Origin: Eledone cirrhosa
Taxonomy: Eukaryota
Assembly: GCA_964016885.1 (NCBI GenBank)
Contig: OZ024743.1
Span: 165,168,001 to 165,232,000 of the forward strand
DNA: 64,000 bases
Direction of reading: 5' to 3'
Shown here piece after piece: positions 25,157-36,439 of the stretch. Numbering within the stretch: position 1 is the stretch's first letter; each line of letters begins with the position of its first letter. A program made the translations under genes and the position numbers. Under the pieces are notes generated by a model, which was not told the origin of the DNA, made no database searches, and was given only the letters and a program-made list of their open reading frames with translations.

Positions 25157-25313
25157 CTTTGAAAACAAAGAAAAACAATAATTAATCAATGAAGGAACCA
25201 ATCAATGATTACTTTTGGACATGTCTGAAAACACCCCTGGTTCTATGATACAAAACTGTTTCTTTGGATTTTCTCATGTTTATCTAAAATCCTTCTATTA
25301 TAATTATATATAA

Positions 25314-25505
25314 GGGCGGTGGATTGGCAGTATCGGTAGAGGGTCGGGCGCCATGCTTTGAAGCATAGAGTTACCTCCCTTTATGATCTGAGTTCAAATC
25401 CCGCCGAGGTTAACTTTGCCTTTCATCCTTACGGGGTCGATAAAATAAAGTACCAGTAATACACTGGTAATTGCTGGCCTTGTGCTAAAAGTAGAAACAA
25501 TTATA
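25314..25505 (+). mobile_element. SINE family A, full-length reference copy, inserted in a TTAA-type MITE
   Basis: A-box TGGCAGTATCGG, B-box GAGTTCAAATCC, core and tail. Flanked by attataatt(a/t)tatata-like direct repeats. Confidence 0.9.
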
Positions 25506-26509
25506 ATTTTATATAAGAACTTCTGTTCAGTTATGCTCCAAATACTAGCTTAATAATGATTAAATTAGTTATATTAAAAACTATTTCCAAATTTTTTATT
25601 ATTTTTAAAATTATTTGAAAACCATAGGCAGTATATTTCATTAGGAATATAGTAACAAAAGGATTAGCATTCAACCCTCTAAAGTGGTAGGTGTTAGAGT
25701 CACGATAAGATGCTCCCAGCACATGCTGTAAAGTGGTTGGTATTAGGAAGAGCATCTAACCATAGAAACCAAACCAAAACAACATTCAAGCATAATCTAG
25801 TCGCCTGACTGGTCTGGCCTCGGCACATGACAACCATTTAAACCATGCAAACAAGGAAAATAGACATTAAACAGTGATAAAGACGACTGATTTCTTTCAA
25901 TCAGACAAAAAATGGATGGGAGGGAATACAGTCAACGGAACTAGTGATGAAACATATTTCAATCAGGGCTATATTATTCATAAAGCTAACTAGGCCCCAT
26001 AGGGACTAGGAGCCGGTCAATTCTTTTTGTTAAAGTACTGTTTCTGGAATGAAAGATTGAAGTGCCAAGGGTGGTAGGAATACCTGAAAATCTAGCCATG
26101 GATTAATACAGGCTAGATTCCAGTATCTATAATGGACACTATATGTTAACTGGTGTGTGTATGTGTATGTACCTGTAACTCCTGATAAAGTCATAAGGGC
26201 ACCATAGTGACATACAATATTTGTTGGACATTTTTAAAACCTGGCAGAGTTCATCTCTCAAGAGCTGCTCATAGCTAATTTCTTCCAGAGAAAATGAGAA
26301 GGATAGGAGAAAGTGAGAAAGAGATATAGAAGAAGAATCTACCCCAGTACTGGACTGGTACTTTTTTCATCAACTGTGAATGGATGAAAAGCAAAGTTGA
26401 CCACAGTGAGAAATTCACTCAAAGGACAGAGAGCCAGAACAAATATCAGAAAACATTCTATTCAATGTTCTAATATTTCTGTTAATTTATCATCTATACT
26501 CATAGTTAA

Positions 26510-26715
26510 TTAACTGCTTGAGTGCCTAAAATGTACTGATACATCTTTTACTTCCCACTCTCCTTGAATGCCAAAAATGTACTGCTATATTTGATTTTAG
26601 TTTGCGAAGCACAGGCCACCCAGACAAAGTAAATAAAGTAAATTTGATCAAAATATCTCTTTCATTTTATTTTTAACAATTTGTTTGAAAAATGTACTAG
26701 CACTCAAAGAGTTAA
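26510..26715. mobile_element. TTAA-flanked MITE (piggyBac-type ends)
   Basis: TTAA-CTGCTTGAGTGC ... GCACTCAAAGAG-TTAA. Confidence 0.55.
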
Positions 26716-27103
26716 GTGTTACCTCAATGTCTGATATGAGCTTTTGTTAATAAGGTTATGATTTTTCTAAGTACTAACCACATTTTTATGATGAGGTTAA
26801 TAGTTGAATAAATAATAATCTTATGAAATCAAATTCTTTAAGAATGGTGATATGTCAATTTGCAGACCAATCCAAACCAACCCATAACATGGAAAGATAG
26901 GTCTTAATCCTGATAAGACAATTAAACTAAGAATGAAAACATTGCTCCACTTAAAGACTAAAGTAGGAAGACTTACTAATTGTTCTCTATTTTTAATTAT
27001 TTATATTTCTACATTATGCTTTGTGAATATTTAAATAAATTTTACAATTTAGGTGCAAAATGTGCCAAAATAGGAATATGGTTCTAATGTTTAGACCACA
27101 TAC

Positions 27104-27154
27104 CTGGTTAGTTTGCTTTTCCAGATCATCCCATGGCTGGTTGCTTTTCAAATT
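27104..27154 (-). CDS. SCLT1: SCLT1-like exon 8: NLKSNQPWDDLEKQTNQ
   Basis: Acceptor tattttctag|, donor CAG|gtatgt. 51 nt, phase 0 to 0. Confidence 0.8.
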
Positions 27155-27966
27155 CTAGAAAATAAATGAAACTTAGAGGAATTTTATAATCCATGAAAAT
27201 ACATAAAAAAATGTATTATAATGTATATCATCATCATCATCATTATTTAATGTCAATTTTTCCACGTTTGTATGAGTTAGATAAGTTGTCATGTTACGAG
27301 ACAAGTCAGGTCTGGATACTACATCTTGTTTATACAGATCTGTATATTCAGGCCTGGTTTCTACAGCTGGATGCCCTTTCTAAAGCCAACTACATGACAG
27401 TGTGGACTGGGTGCTTTTTGACATGCTACCAGCATGACCACCTTACAGGGTGGACTGGGTGCTTTTTCTCATGTCACCAAGACGACCTCCTTACAGGATG
27501 GACTGGGTGCTTTTGTTGTTGTGGTACCAAATCAGCATACAGCGTGGACTTAGTGCTTTTTGTTGTGACAATGGAATTGTGTGAGACCAGATATACAGCA
27601 TGTCCAATTTTCATACATGTATACATGGGTTAGGCAAGGGAGATGATTAGGAGGGGATATATATATGGTATAGTATGGTATGGTCCCATAACCCCTGATA
27701 GAGTTGTAGGGATACTGTATTAAACATACAACATTTTAAGCCTGATGGAGCCCATCCCTCTCCAGGCCTGAGTACAGCAGATTTCTTCCAGAGAGTGGAA
27801 GAATCGACCTCAGTACTTGACTGGTACTTTTTTTATCGACCTCAAAAGGATGAAAGGCAAAGTTGACCTCAGCAGGATTTTAACTCAGAGAGCAGAGAGC
27901 TGGAACGAATACCATAAAGCATTCTATCCTATGTTCTAATGACTCTGCCAATTCGCCGCATATATA

Positions 27967-28018
<52 letters not shown>

Positions 28019-28804
28019 AGGTAAAAAGAGCATTAACACGGGCAAGCAATATAATAGGGTTTATTTCAAGTATTAACATGTTTCATTGCCAGGTGTTCAA
28101 TTGATTTTTGTCTTGAAACCGCTATCATCAATAATCGGTTGGCAATTGTGAAAACTTGATTTTAAATACATAAAGTAATATAATGTGCCCAGCGAAATTT
28201 CGAAATACAGTGCCAAGTTTGTAAAAATAACATAAACATCAAAAATATAAAAATAAATGGTGAAAAAATTACATAAATAGTAAAATTGAACACACGATCG
28301 ACTGTAAACATAAATGGGCAAACACGTTCTTAAACTAGAAACCACAATAGACGGGATTAGATCCACTAACCTTACTGTTCATATCTCCCAGACTATATTT
28401 AAATGCTTAACGTAGTTTGACACCACAAATAATATTAACTTAGTCTTATCACACGCATATTTGGTCCTCTTAATCTATCATCATTTTAATGACACCATAA
28501 ACTACGATAAGCCTGTCACCGGAATAGAGCAATTATGTACAGCTAAAATTATACATCACCCTTGATTAGCTGAAATGACCACGGGCACTTGACCAATCAG
28601 CATTAAGTGCCATTGACCACAGTTCACCACACCCATCTTAAACTTTTAATCCAAGACACTATATTTTCATTTACAATATTCCACCCACTTCCATGTTTTC
28701 TCATTTTCTTACTTTCTGTAGTCTTCTATTCTATTATACTTATCTCCCCACCCTCCCTCGGGTATGCAATTTTCGCTCCATTCATTTTTATATTTTTGAT
28801 GTTC

Positions 28805-30320
28805 TGTCTGCTCTTCATTTTGAGAGAAAGGCCTTTTGTAGCTAGCAGTGGTAGTAGCTCCCTGAACTTCTCCCATCCCATTCTTACTCTGGCTTCTGTA
28901 CTTTCAGAACACCCACCTCCACTGCTAATTCAGTCACCCAGGTAGCAGAAGCTATCTACTGTTTCTACCAAGCCATCCCAGAATTTGATAGTGCTTGTTT
29001 CCTGTGGTTGTTTGTTACTTAATGTTTTGGTGCTACCACTACATGTAAAGGCTACAAACTTAGCTAAACTGCCTCTCTTGTGTACCCATAGTTTGTATTT
29101 GGGGCAGAGGATGGGATTTCTACCTACACCTTTCTTACATAATGAAGAAGGCCATTTACTGAGAGGATCAGGATTCTGTTTTCTGTTCTATTTACTAGGA
29201 CCTTAGTCTTTGTCACGTTGACTTCAAGACCCCTTGTTTCTAGGCTTTGCTTCAATATTTGGAATTTCTTCTCTAGTTCCGCCATAGATTTTGCTATGAG
29301 TGTGAGATCATCTGCATACAGGAGTTCCCAAAGGCAGCCAGTCTTAAACTCCTCTGTTATAGACTGTAGTACGATGATAAAAAGGAGAGGGCTAAGAACA
29401 GAGCCCAGGTGGATGCCAACCTGTACGCTAAATTGCTCACTATAGTGATTGTTAATTCTAACTTTGCTGACTGCTCCCCTATACATGGCTTATACTGCTA
29501 TCACAAGCCACTCATCTACTCCTAGTTTTCTAAGAGCCCAACAGATTATGGTATGGGGCACTCTGTCGAAGGCTTTTTCCAGATCGACAAATGTCAGTTA
29601 GAGCTGCTTACTTTTAGCTAGGTACTTTTCCTGTAACTGCCTCACAAGGAAGAGAGCATCAGTGGTGCTTTTTCTTAGCACAAACCCAAACTGCATCTCA
29701 TCTAGATTTACGCGGTCCCTCATCAGCTTTGCTATAACTCTTTCTGTTACTTTCATGACCTGGTCCACCAGTTTGGTTCCTCAATAGTTTCCTCTATTTA
29801 GGGCATATCCTTTACCCTTGTAACAGTTGACAATGATGCTGCTATGACAATCATTTGGCATGAAACCACCTAATATTATTTGGGTTACAATATATGTGGT
29901 TAAGGTGTGACCTACCGACCCAGATGCTTTCAGCATCTCGGCAACTATTCCTGATAGACCAGCTGCTTTCCTTAATAACCTTACTACACTGCTACTGACT
30001 TGTACAGCTTAGGGCTATGGGGTCTTCTTGGCGTAGGGTCTCTTTCTCCAATGAATTCTCCTCATTCAGTAATCTTTCATAGTGGCTCTTTCACACAGCT
30101 TTCTTCTTGGTGTTTGTGAGAGTAAGAGCGCCTTCATCATCCCAGACACACTTCTCACCAATGATATTGCAATTCTCTCTGATGCACTGCTTCACAATCC
30201 TAAACACCTCCTGTTTTTGGTTCTCATGCTGCAAAACATGCTTGAATTTTTTATCCTCTGCTTCCCTCCTTGCGAAGTATACTTGTCGTCTAGCTTGCTG
30301 CCTAGCTTCTCTCTCTCTTT
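28805..30320 (-). mobile_element. RTE family B, internal fragment
   Basis: ORF 29124..29486 (GSVLSP, LLYADD) and a frameshifted PHD region. Confidence 0.9.
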
Positions 30321-31295
30321 CATCATCATCATCGTTTAACGTCTATCTTCTACGCTAGCATGGGTTAGACGAAGCATGGGATCGTTTAACATCTATCTTC
30401 CACGCTAGCATGGGTTAGACGGGTTTGTCCCACTTGAGGCAAGTTGGGTCGGGTGACTGTGTCTCATTCATATAGGACAGTTTCTGGCTGGTTTCTATGG
30501 CTGGATGCCCTTCCTAATACCAACCACATTTACAGTGTGTGCTGAGTGTTTTTTACTGTGTCTCCTACACGGCCACTTTACAGTGTGGACTGGGTGCTTT
30601 TTGTCGTGACACCTACATGACCACTTCACAGTGTGAGCTAGATGTTTTGTGGTACCAACATAACTTTACAGAGAAAGGGTAGTGTGGGCAGAAGTGGGAG
30701 GAAGGTGTAGGAGGTGTGGGGTGTATATTGGATTAAGAGGTGCCTACTGACTGTAGGTTTAAGTTCATACACAAGGGCAGGTGGGTCTTCCGTATTACTA
30801 CATAGTGCCAAAGATTTTGATCCTGTGACATTGTCTTAGGGAGGTTAGCTTTTATCACCTCGCCCCAAGTTTTTCTGGGTCAAGCCACTCAGTAGCTTCC
30901 ATCAATTTTGATCACCCTGCACTTTTTTATAAGCTGTCGTTCTTTATACGCATCACATGATTTACCAACGTAGTCTCCTCTCAAGTAAACAGCAACTGAT
31001 CTCTCTTATGCTTAAATTCTCACTTAGTTCGTTTACATTTTGCCATTCATGTACTATTATACATCCATTGGAACATGCATGCTTTGTTCCTTTCCAATCT
31101 GCATAGATCCTCTGCACACAATACCCAGGTCTCACTACCATGTAACAGTGTTGTTAGTATACACGCATCATACAATCTGCCTTTCTTTTTTAGAGAGAAA
31201 CTTTTTGTGGCCAACAATGGTATTAGCTCTGAACTTTTTCCATCCCGTTCTAACTCTGGCTACTGTACTTTCAGAATACCCTCCTCCACTGCTGA
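30321..31295 (-). mobile_element. RTE family B variant, 3' fragment with duplicated terminus
   Basis: The 3' UTR and C-terminal ORF resemble the 45515-47208 copy. Confidence 0.85.
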
Positions 31296-32110
31296 TATAT
31301 ATATAAATATATATATATATATGTGTTTGTGTGAAGTTCAGAGGAAATGTATGTTCAGATAAGAAAAATAAAAGTAAATACAGCTTAGAGAATCAGGTAA
31401 AGATCCTTTATAGACTGAAAAAAGTTGCCAGCAACTGCTGCTGGAAAAGTGGACATAAAAACAATAATGATTCACCTTTCCTGTCCAACCCGTACATGCT
31501 CTTGCACAATCCTGCTACAACAGTAAAACGCTCCCAGCCCACCATGTAAGGTGATAATTCTGGTGCCACGACAATAATAAAAAGTACCCAGTCTACCATG
31601 TAAGGTGATTGTGCTAGTACCATGCCAAAAATCATTCAGTCCACCCTACTATGTGGTCATATTGGTGCCACAATGAAAAGAACGCTGCCCAGCCTGTAAA
31701 GTGGTAGTAGTGGTGCCATAAAAAAAGCTTCCAGTACATGCTATAATGTGGTTGGCATTCAGAAGAGCACCCAGCTGTAGAAACCAAGCCAAAAATAGAT
31801 CTATATGAGCAATGACATGACAACCCATCTAACCCATGCAAGTATGGAAAATAGACATTAAATGATGATGATGGTGCGTTGAAACCTATTGTGTATATAT
31901 GTGTCTCCATATGCCTTTGCATAGTCATGGCTGGTGCAGCTGGTGGTATCTGCTTATGCCCAACAGCTCAGTGATTTGGCATGCAAAGTTCAGTGGAATA
32001 AGTATTTAACTTTAAAAAAAAGTAATGGTTAGCACCAGGAAGAATATCATGCAGTAGAATACTGTTGGCCTATACAGATTTATCATTATATAAAAACCAA
32101 TGAAATGCAT

Positions 32111-32352
32111 TTAGCCCTTTTGATACCCATCCACCTGAATCTACCCCTGGTTCTACAATAGTTTATTTTCAAGTGTTTATATGTATCCAGAAAAAAATTT
32201 TCTATCATAATTTCATCTAAGAACTTTTGTAAAATAATGCTCCAAACACCAACTTAATAATGAGCGGGTTAACTATATTACCAAATACTTCCAAATTCTT
32301 GATTATATTCAAAATGATTCTTTTGTTAAGAATCTGACAATAAAAGGGTTAA
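32111..32352. mobile_element. TTAA-type (piggyBac-like) MITE; related copies at ~15900-16725, 17680-18570, 25210-25672, 42345-42580 and 45165-45310
   Basis: TTAG-CCCTTTTGATACC ... AAAAGGG-TTAA ends and a shared body (ggttcta...gttatgctccaaa.ac.agcttaataatg). Confidence 0.65.
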
Positions 32353-32354
32353 AC

Positions 32355-32426
32355 CTGTAAATCTGATGTCAACTGTTTCACTTGGGACATAGCTTCTTGG
32401 TACAGTTCTGTCACTGTTTCTTTTTC
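32355..32426 (-). CDS. SCLT1: SCLT1-like exon 7: EKETVTELYQEAMSQVKQLTSDLQ
   Basis: Acceptor ctttttccag|, donor CAG|gtttaa. 72 nt. Similar to human EKTQAVELWQTVSQELDRLHKLYQ. Confidence 0.9.
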
Positions 32427-32485
32427 CTGGAAAAAGAACAACAAAAACGATTTGTGAAAGCATATTAACTGCCATTATATAAAAT

Positions 32486-32768
32486 AGGCAAAGTCAACCT
32501 CGGCGAGTTCAAATCCCGCCGAGGTTGACTTTGCCTTTCATCCTTACGGGGTCGATAAAATAAAGTACCAGTAATGCACTGGGTAATTGCTGGCCTTGTG
32601 CCTAAAGTAGAAACAATTATATAAAATAGGTAGGTCTGAGTTCAAATCCCGCCGAGGTTAACTTAGCCTTTCATCCCTACGGGGTCGATAAAATGAAGTA
32701 CCAGTAATACACTGGGATAATTGCTGGTCTTGTGCCAAATGTAGAAACAATTATATAAAATAGGTAGG
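32486..32768 (+). mobile_element. Two 5'-truncated SINE-A copies in tandem; the first has a fold-back 5' end
   Basis: The target sequence attatataaaatagg is present three times (32474, 32616, 32750). Confidence 0.85.
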
Positions 32769-32989
32769 GAAGATGTATGGCCTAGAAATTAGGGTGTTTA
32801 ATTTACCATCATAAGATTATGGGCTCAATTCCTGCACCAGGCAGTACATTGTATTTTTAAGCAGGGCCCCTATCATTACAATGCTTGAGAAACCTTGGAT
32901 GAGGCCAGCTAAACCTCATAGGTGTGAGCTATTAATTTCATTTCATTTAATTTCATCTAAGAAATCCTTACATGGTGGATTGGGTGCTT

Positions 32990-33360
32990 TTTATTGCAGA
33001 TTTGGATGGAGGATGGAAACTCTACTATTCAGGTATAGCACCAGAAATGACTGCACAGGCAGGAGTGGGGACACTCACAAGCCCCCGGCTGGCAGAATGT
33101 GTTATGGACTGTATTCCATTAGTAGGGAGGATTTGCCTCTTGAAGCTTAGGCTGAAAGATAGGATGTTGTGGGTGGTGCAAGTTTATGTGCCAAACAAAG
33201 AATCTGAATACAGGTCCTTCCTTGATGAAGATACTGCAGCATTAGATGTAGTTAAGGCTGAGTCATATCCTAATGGGAGACTTCAATGCTCATGTTGGCA
33301 CTGGTGATCTGACATGGAAAGGAGTGATTGGAAGGAATGGTGACCCCGATTTAAATGAAT
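32990..33360 (+). mobile_element. RTE APE-endonuclease fragment
   Basis: ORF 32972..33307: GWKLYYSG...AQAGVG...QVYVPN; frameshifted GDFNAHVG follows. Confidence 0.85.
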
Positions 33361-33399
33361 ATCTTTTCCTTTTTTTATTTTTCCAGCTTTTATGTAAAT

Positions 33400-33735
33400 G
33401 ATTTGTGTGCTGAACCTCAGTTGGTTTCAACGGCAAGTGTTCCAGTTGATTGAACAATGGAACAGCCTGATTGTGAAATTAATGTGCCAGTGGCTGAGCA
33501 TTCCACAAACGTGTACATTTAATGTAATACTCAGAAATATTTAGTGCGACACAGTGTGGGACAAGGCTGGCCTTTTGAATTTACAGGTACAACTCATTTT
33601 TGCCAGCTGTGTGAACTGGGGCAATGTGAAATAAAGTGTCTTGTTCAAAGACATAATACACTGCTGATAACTGAACTCCTGACTTTATAATTATGAGCCA
33701 AACACCCTAACCACTAAGCCTTGCACCTTCACAAA
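33400..33735 (-). mobile_element. Second tRNA-derived SINE family, decayed
   Basis: Blocks gtgaaattaatgtgccagtggctgagcattccaca and caaggctggcc, with a tRNA-like head ctaaccactaagcc. A partial counterpart lies at ~34150-34325. Confidence 0.6.
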
Positions 33736-33894
33736 TAATTTATAGTAAAAAAAAAATTAAAAATAGTAACATAAAATAAAGAGGAGTCTTGGATTGCCTT
33801 TGTAAGTAATACCAAGTGTTTCTTAATATTTCTTAATAATTTATAGCTAAAAAAACACAAAAATAAAATAAAATAAAAAGGTGTCTTGGATTAC

Positions 33895-34021
33895 CTTTGT
33901 AAGTAATACCAACTGTTTCTTAATATTCTCAACTGCTTTCTGATCAGAGTCTGTCTCTTTGATAATTTCAGGCAAAGTATCAGCTTCCAATTCTAGTGTT
34001 TCTTTTAAACGCTTCCTCAAA
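33895..34021 (-). CDS. SCLT1: SCLT1-like exon 6: LRKRLKETLELEADTLPEIIKETDSDQKAVENIKKQLVLLTK
   Basis: Acceptor attttaaag| (AAG type), donor AAG|gtaatc. 127 nt, phase 2 to 0, open frame. Confidence 0.88.
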
Positions 34022-34327
34022 CTTTAAAATATTCAAATCAATAATTTTAAATTATTACAAAGATATCATATGAAGGAACATTAAAATAAAAGATAAGTGT
34101 GGTACATTTGTTTTTTGTGTTTTTTTAATTTTTGGTTAAAAAGTTCATTTCCTGATCATTAGATCCCAGGGTCAATTCCACCGTGTGGCATCTTGGGCAA
34201 GTGTTATTTACCATAATCTCAAGTCAACCCATGCTCTGTGAATGAAACTGGATAGATGGAAACTGTTTGGAGGCCTGTTGAATAGACTGTACCTGTAATT
34301 TAAAGGGCCAGCCTTGTCACACTGAAT

Positions 34328-35195
34328 CATCATCATCACCGTTTTATGTCCATTCTTCCACGCTAGCATGGGTTAGACGGGTTGCGCTATTGTGGCCAAT
34401 GCCAGGTTAGGTGACCATGTCTTGCTCATGCAGAACTGATTTTGGCTGGATTTCTACAGCTGGATGTCCTTCCTATCACCAACATCATTTACGATGAGTA
34501 CTTGGTGCTTCTTACCGTGGCGCCTACACAACCACTTTACAGTGGGAGGGGTGGGGGGCATACTGTCTATATGCTTCAGCTTGTACCTGTGGGAAGTCGG
34601 GTCTTCTGTATTACTGCGTAATGCCAGAGGTTTCAGTCCTGTGTCATTGCCTTTGAGAGGTGCAATTGGGAAGATCAGCTTTTATCACCTCGTCCAAGGT
34701 CTTCTTGGGTCTCCCCACTCCAAGGCTTCCATCGACTTTTAGTGCTCTGACCCTTTTTATGCAGCTGTTATCCTTCATATGCATCACATGTTCATACCAA
34801 TGTAATCTCCTCTCCTGCACACAGCCTTTGATTCCTCTTATGCTTACTCTCTCTCTCAATTTGTTTATGCTTTGCCGTTCGTGTATTACACATCCATCGG
34901 AGCATGCAAATTTCATTTCTTTCTAATCTACGCAAGTCTTCTACACACAGTGCCCAGGACTCACTACCATGTAACATTGTTGTTTGTATGCATGCATCAT
35001 ACAGTCTGCCTTTGATTTTGAGGGAAAAGCCTTTTGCATCTAGCAGTGGTAGTAGCTCCCTGAACTTCTTCCATCCCGTTCTTACACTGGTTATTGTACT
35101 TTCAGAACACTCACCTCCACCGCTAATTCGGTCACCTAGGTAGCAGAGCTGTCTACTGTTTCTACCAAGCCTTCCCAGAATTTGATAGTGCTTGA
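34328..35195 (-). mobile_element. RTE family B, 3' fragment
   Basis: ORFs 34792..35253 and 34644..34916, with a (GAT)n tail. Confidence 0.9.
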
Positions 35196-35332
35196 AGAGG
35201 TAACCACCACACCAAACAAGGGGTAACCACCACACCATACAAGGAGTAACCACTACGCCAAAGAAGAGGTAACCACCACACCAAGCACATGGTAACTACC
35301 ACGCCAAACTAGGGGTAACCACCACTCCAACC
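35195..35332. repeat. 23-bp tandem repeat x6 (aagaggtaaccaccacaccaaac)
   Basis: Direct units begin exactly at the 5' truncation point of the RTE. Confidence 0.85.
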
Positions 35333-35665
35333 ATACAATTACTTTGTTTAATGTTGTGCTGAAGATTGACTTTTGGTCTTTCTTTCACATGCCCCTGCTC
35401 TTTCTTTTCTAAGTCCAATACATTATGACACTATAGATCTAATGATATCCCATCTCTAGTGAAAGCACGGTATATTGCCATTCTTGTGCCTCACAAGATA
35501 CTCCTTCAATCTGTTATATTGTATCTCTTTGCCTTCCCAAAGAAACTTCAATTCAATAAGGATGTTTTTTTCAAATCAGGCCATGCTATAAGATCAGGGT
35601 GTTGCTTCATTATTACAATTTAACTTAGGAATATATTTCATTAGTAATTTTATAGCATAACTTAC

Positions 35666-35730
35666 TCATCATTTTCTTTTAAAACTTTTTGTAAATCCTC
35701 TTTTAGTGATTTAAACTCTTCCGAGGAATG
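35666..35730 (-). CDS. SCLT1: SCLT1-like exon 5: HSSEEFKSLKEDLQKVLKEND(D)
   Basis: Acceptor attttcag|, donor GA|gtaagt. 65 nt, phase 0 to 2. Similar to human LENVIKENER. Confidence 0.9.
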
Positions 35731-36019
35731 CTGAAAATAAAATTTAAAAAAATAAATGAATAAAAAACATTTCTATTTTTAACACAAAAAAATGATGAAT
35801 AATCAACATTGTCTCAAGGATAAGGTCACTTCCATTACTCAAAAGGTACTGAGAGTTAATAAAACACTCATCAATTTTGCAGTGTTGTTACTGCTTAAGG
35901 TAGTGAGGTATGCTTACCATGTAGAATTTTATTAACATCTATGTACAGTTATCTATAGTCTCTTAAAACTACATATAGCCCAGTAATCATCATCGTTTTA
36001 GTCTGTTTCTCCATGTTTG

Positions 36020-36439
36020 TTTAGGAGAGATGGTCACCATTTTAGAAGGCTGCGTTGTTTTACGATTTAGAGGGGAGTTCGTTTCCCTAGCTTGGCTGCT
36101 AGAACATCTCTTCTATTTGTTGTTAGGTGTAGGTAAACAATTAAGCAAAAAGAACATACCTCGAGATTATATATACATGAGCATTTTAATCAGAGCAATA
36201 AACAAAACAGGTTATCATATCAGTTGCTCCTTGATTGGTAATTCATAATTATCATTAAGTGGCGGTGTTCAAATATCCCGTGACCGCATGGTGCAATATC
36301 ACTGTTTCGCCACAGTGAAATACGTCTGGTCGCCTCAAGAGACAAAGTCGAAGAGTGTGTATTTAGCTACTGACGTCAGAACTAAGGGCAGTTAATCAAC
36401 TGCCTCAAAAGTCAAAGCTAGGTGGCGTGATCTTCTACA
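36020..36439 (-). repeat. 3' LTR (420 bp)
   Basis: Direct repeat of 40696..41115. Confidence 0.95.

Noticed and set aside
25314-25405. tRNA gene
   Set aside because: A- and B-boxes are present, but there is no cloverleaf, and the sequence continues into a multi-copy SINE body.
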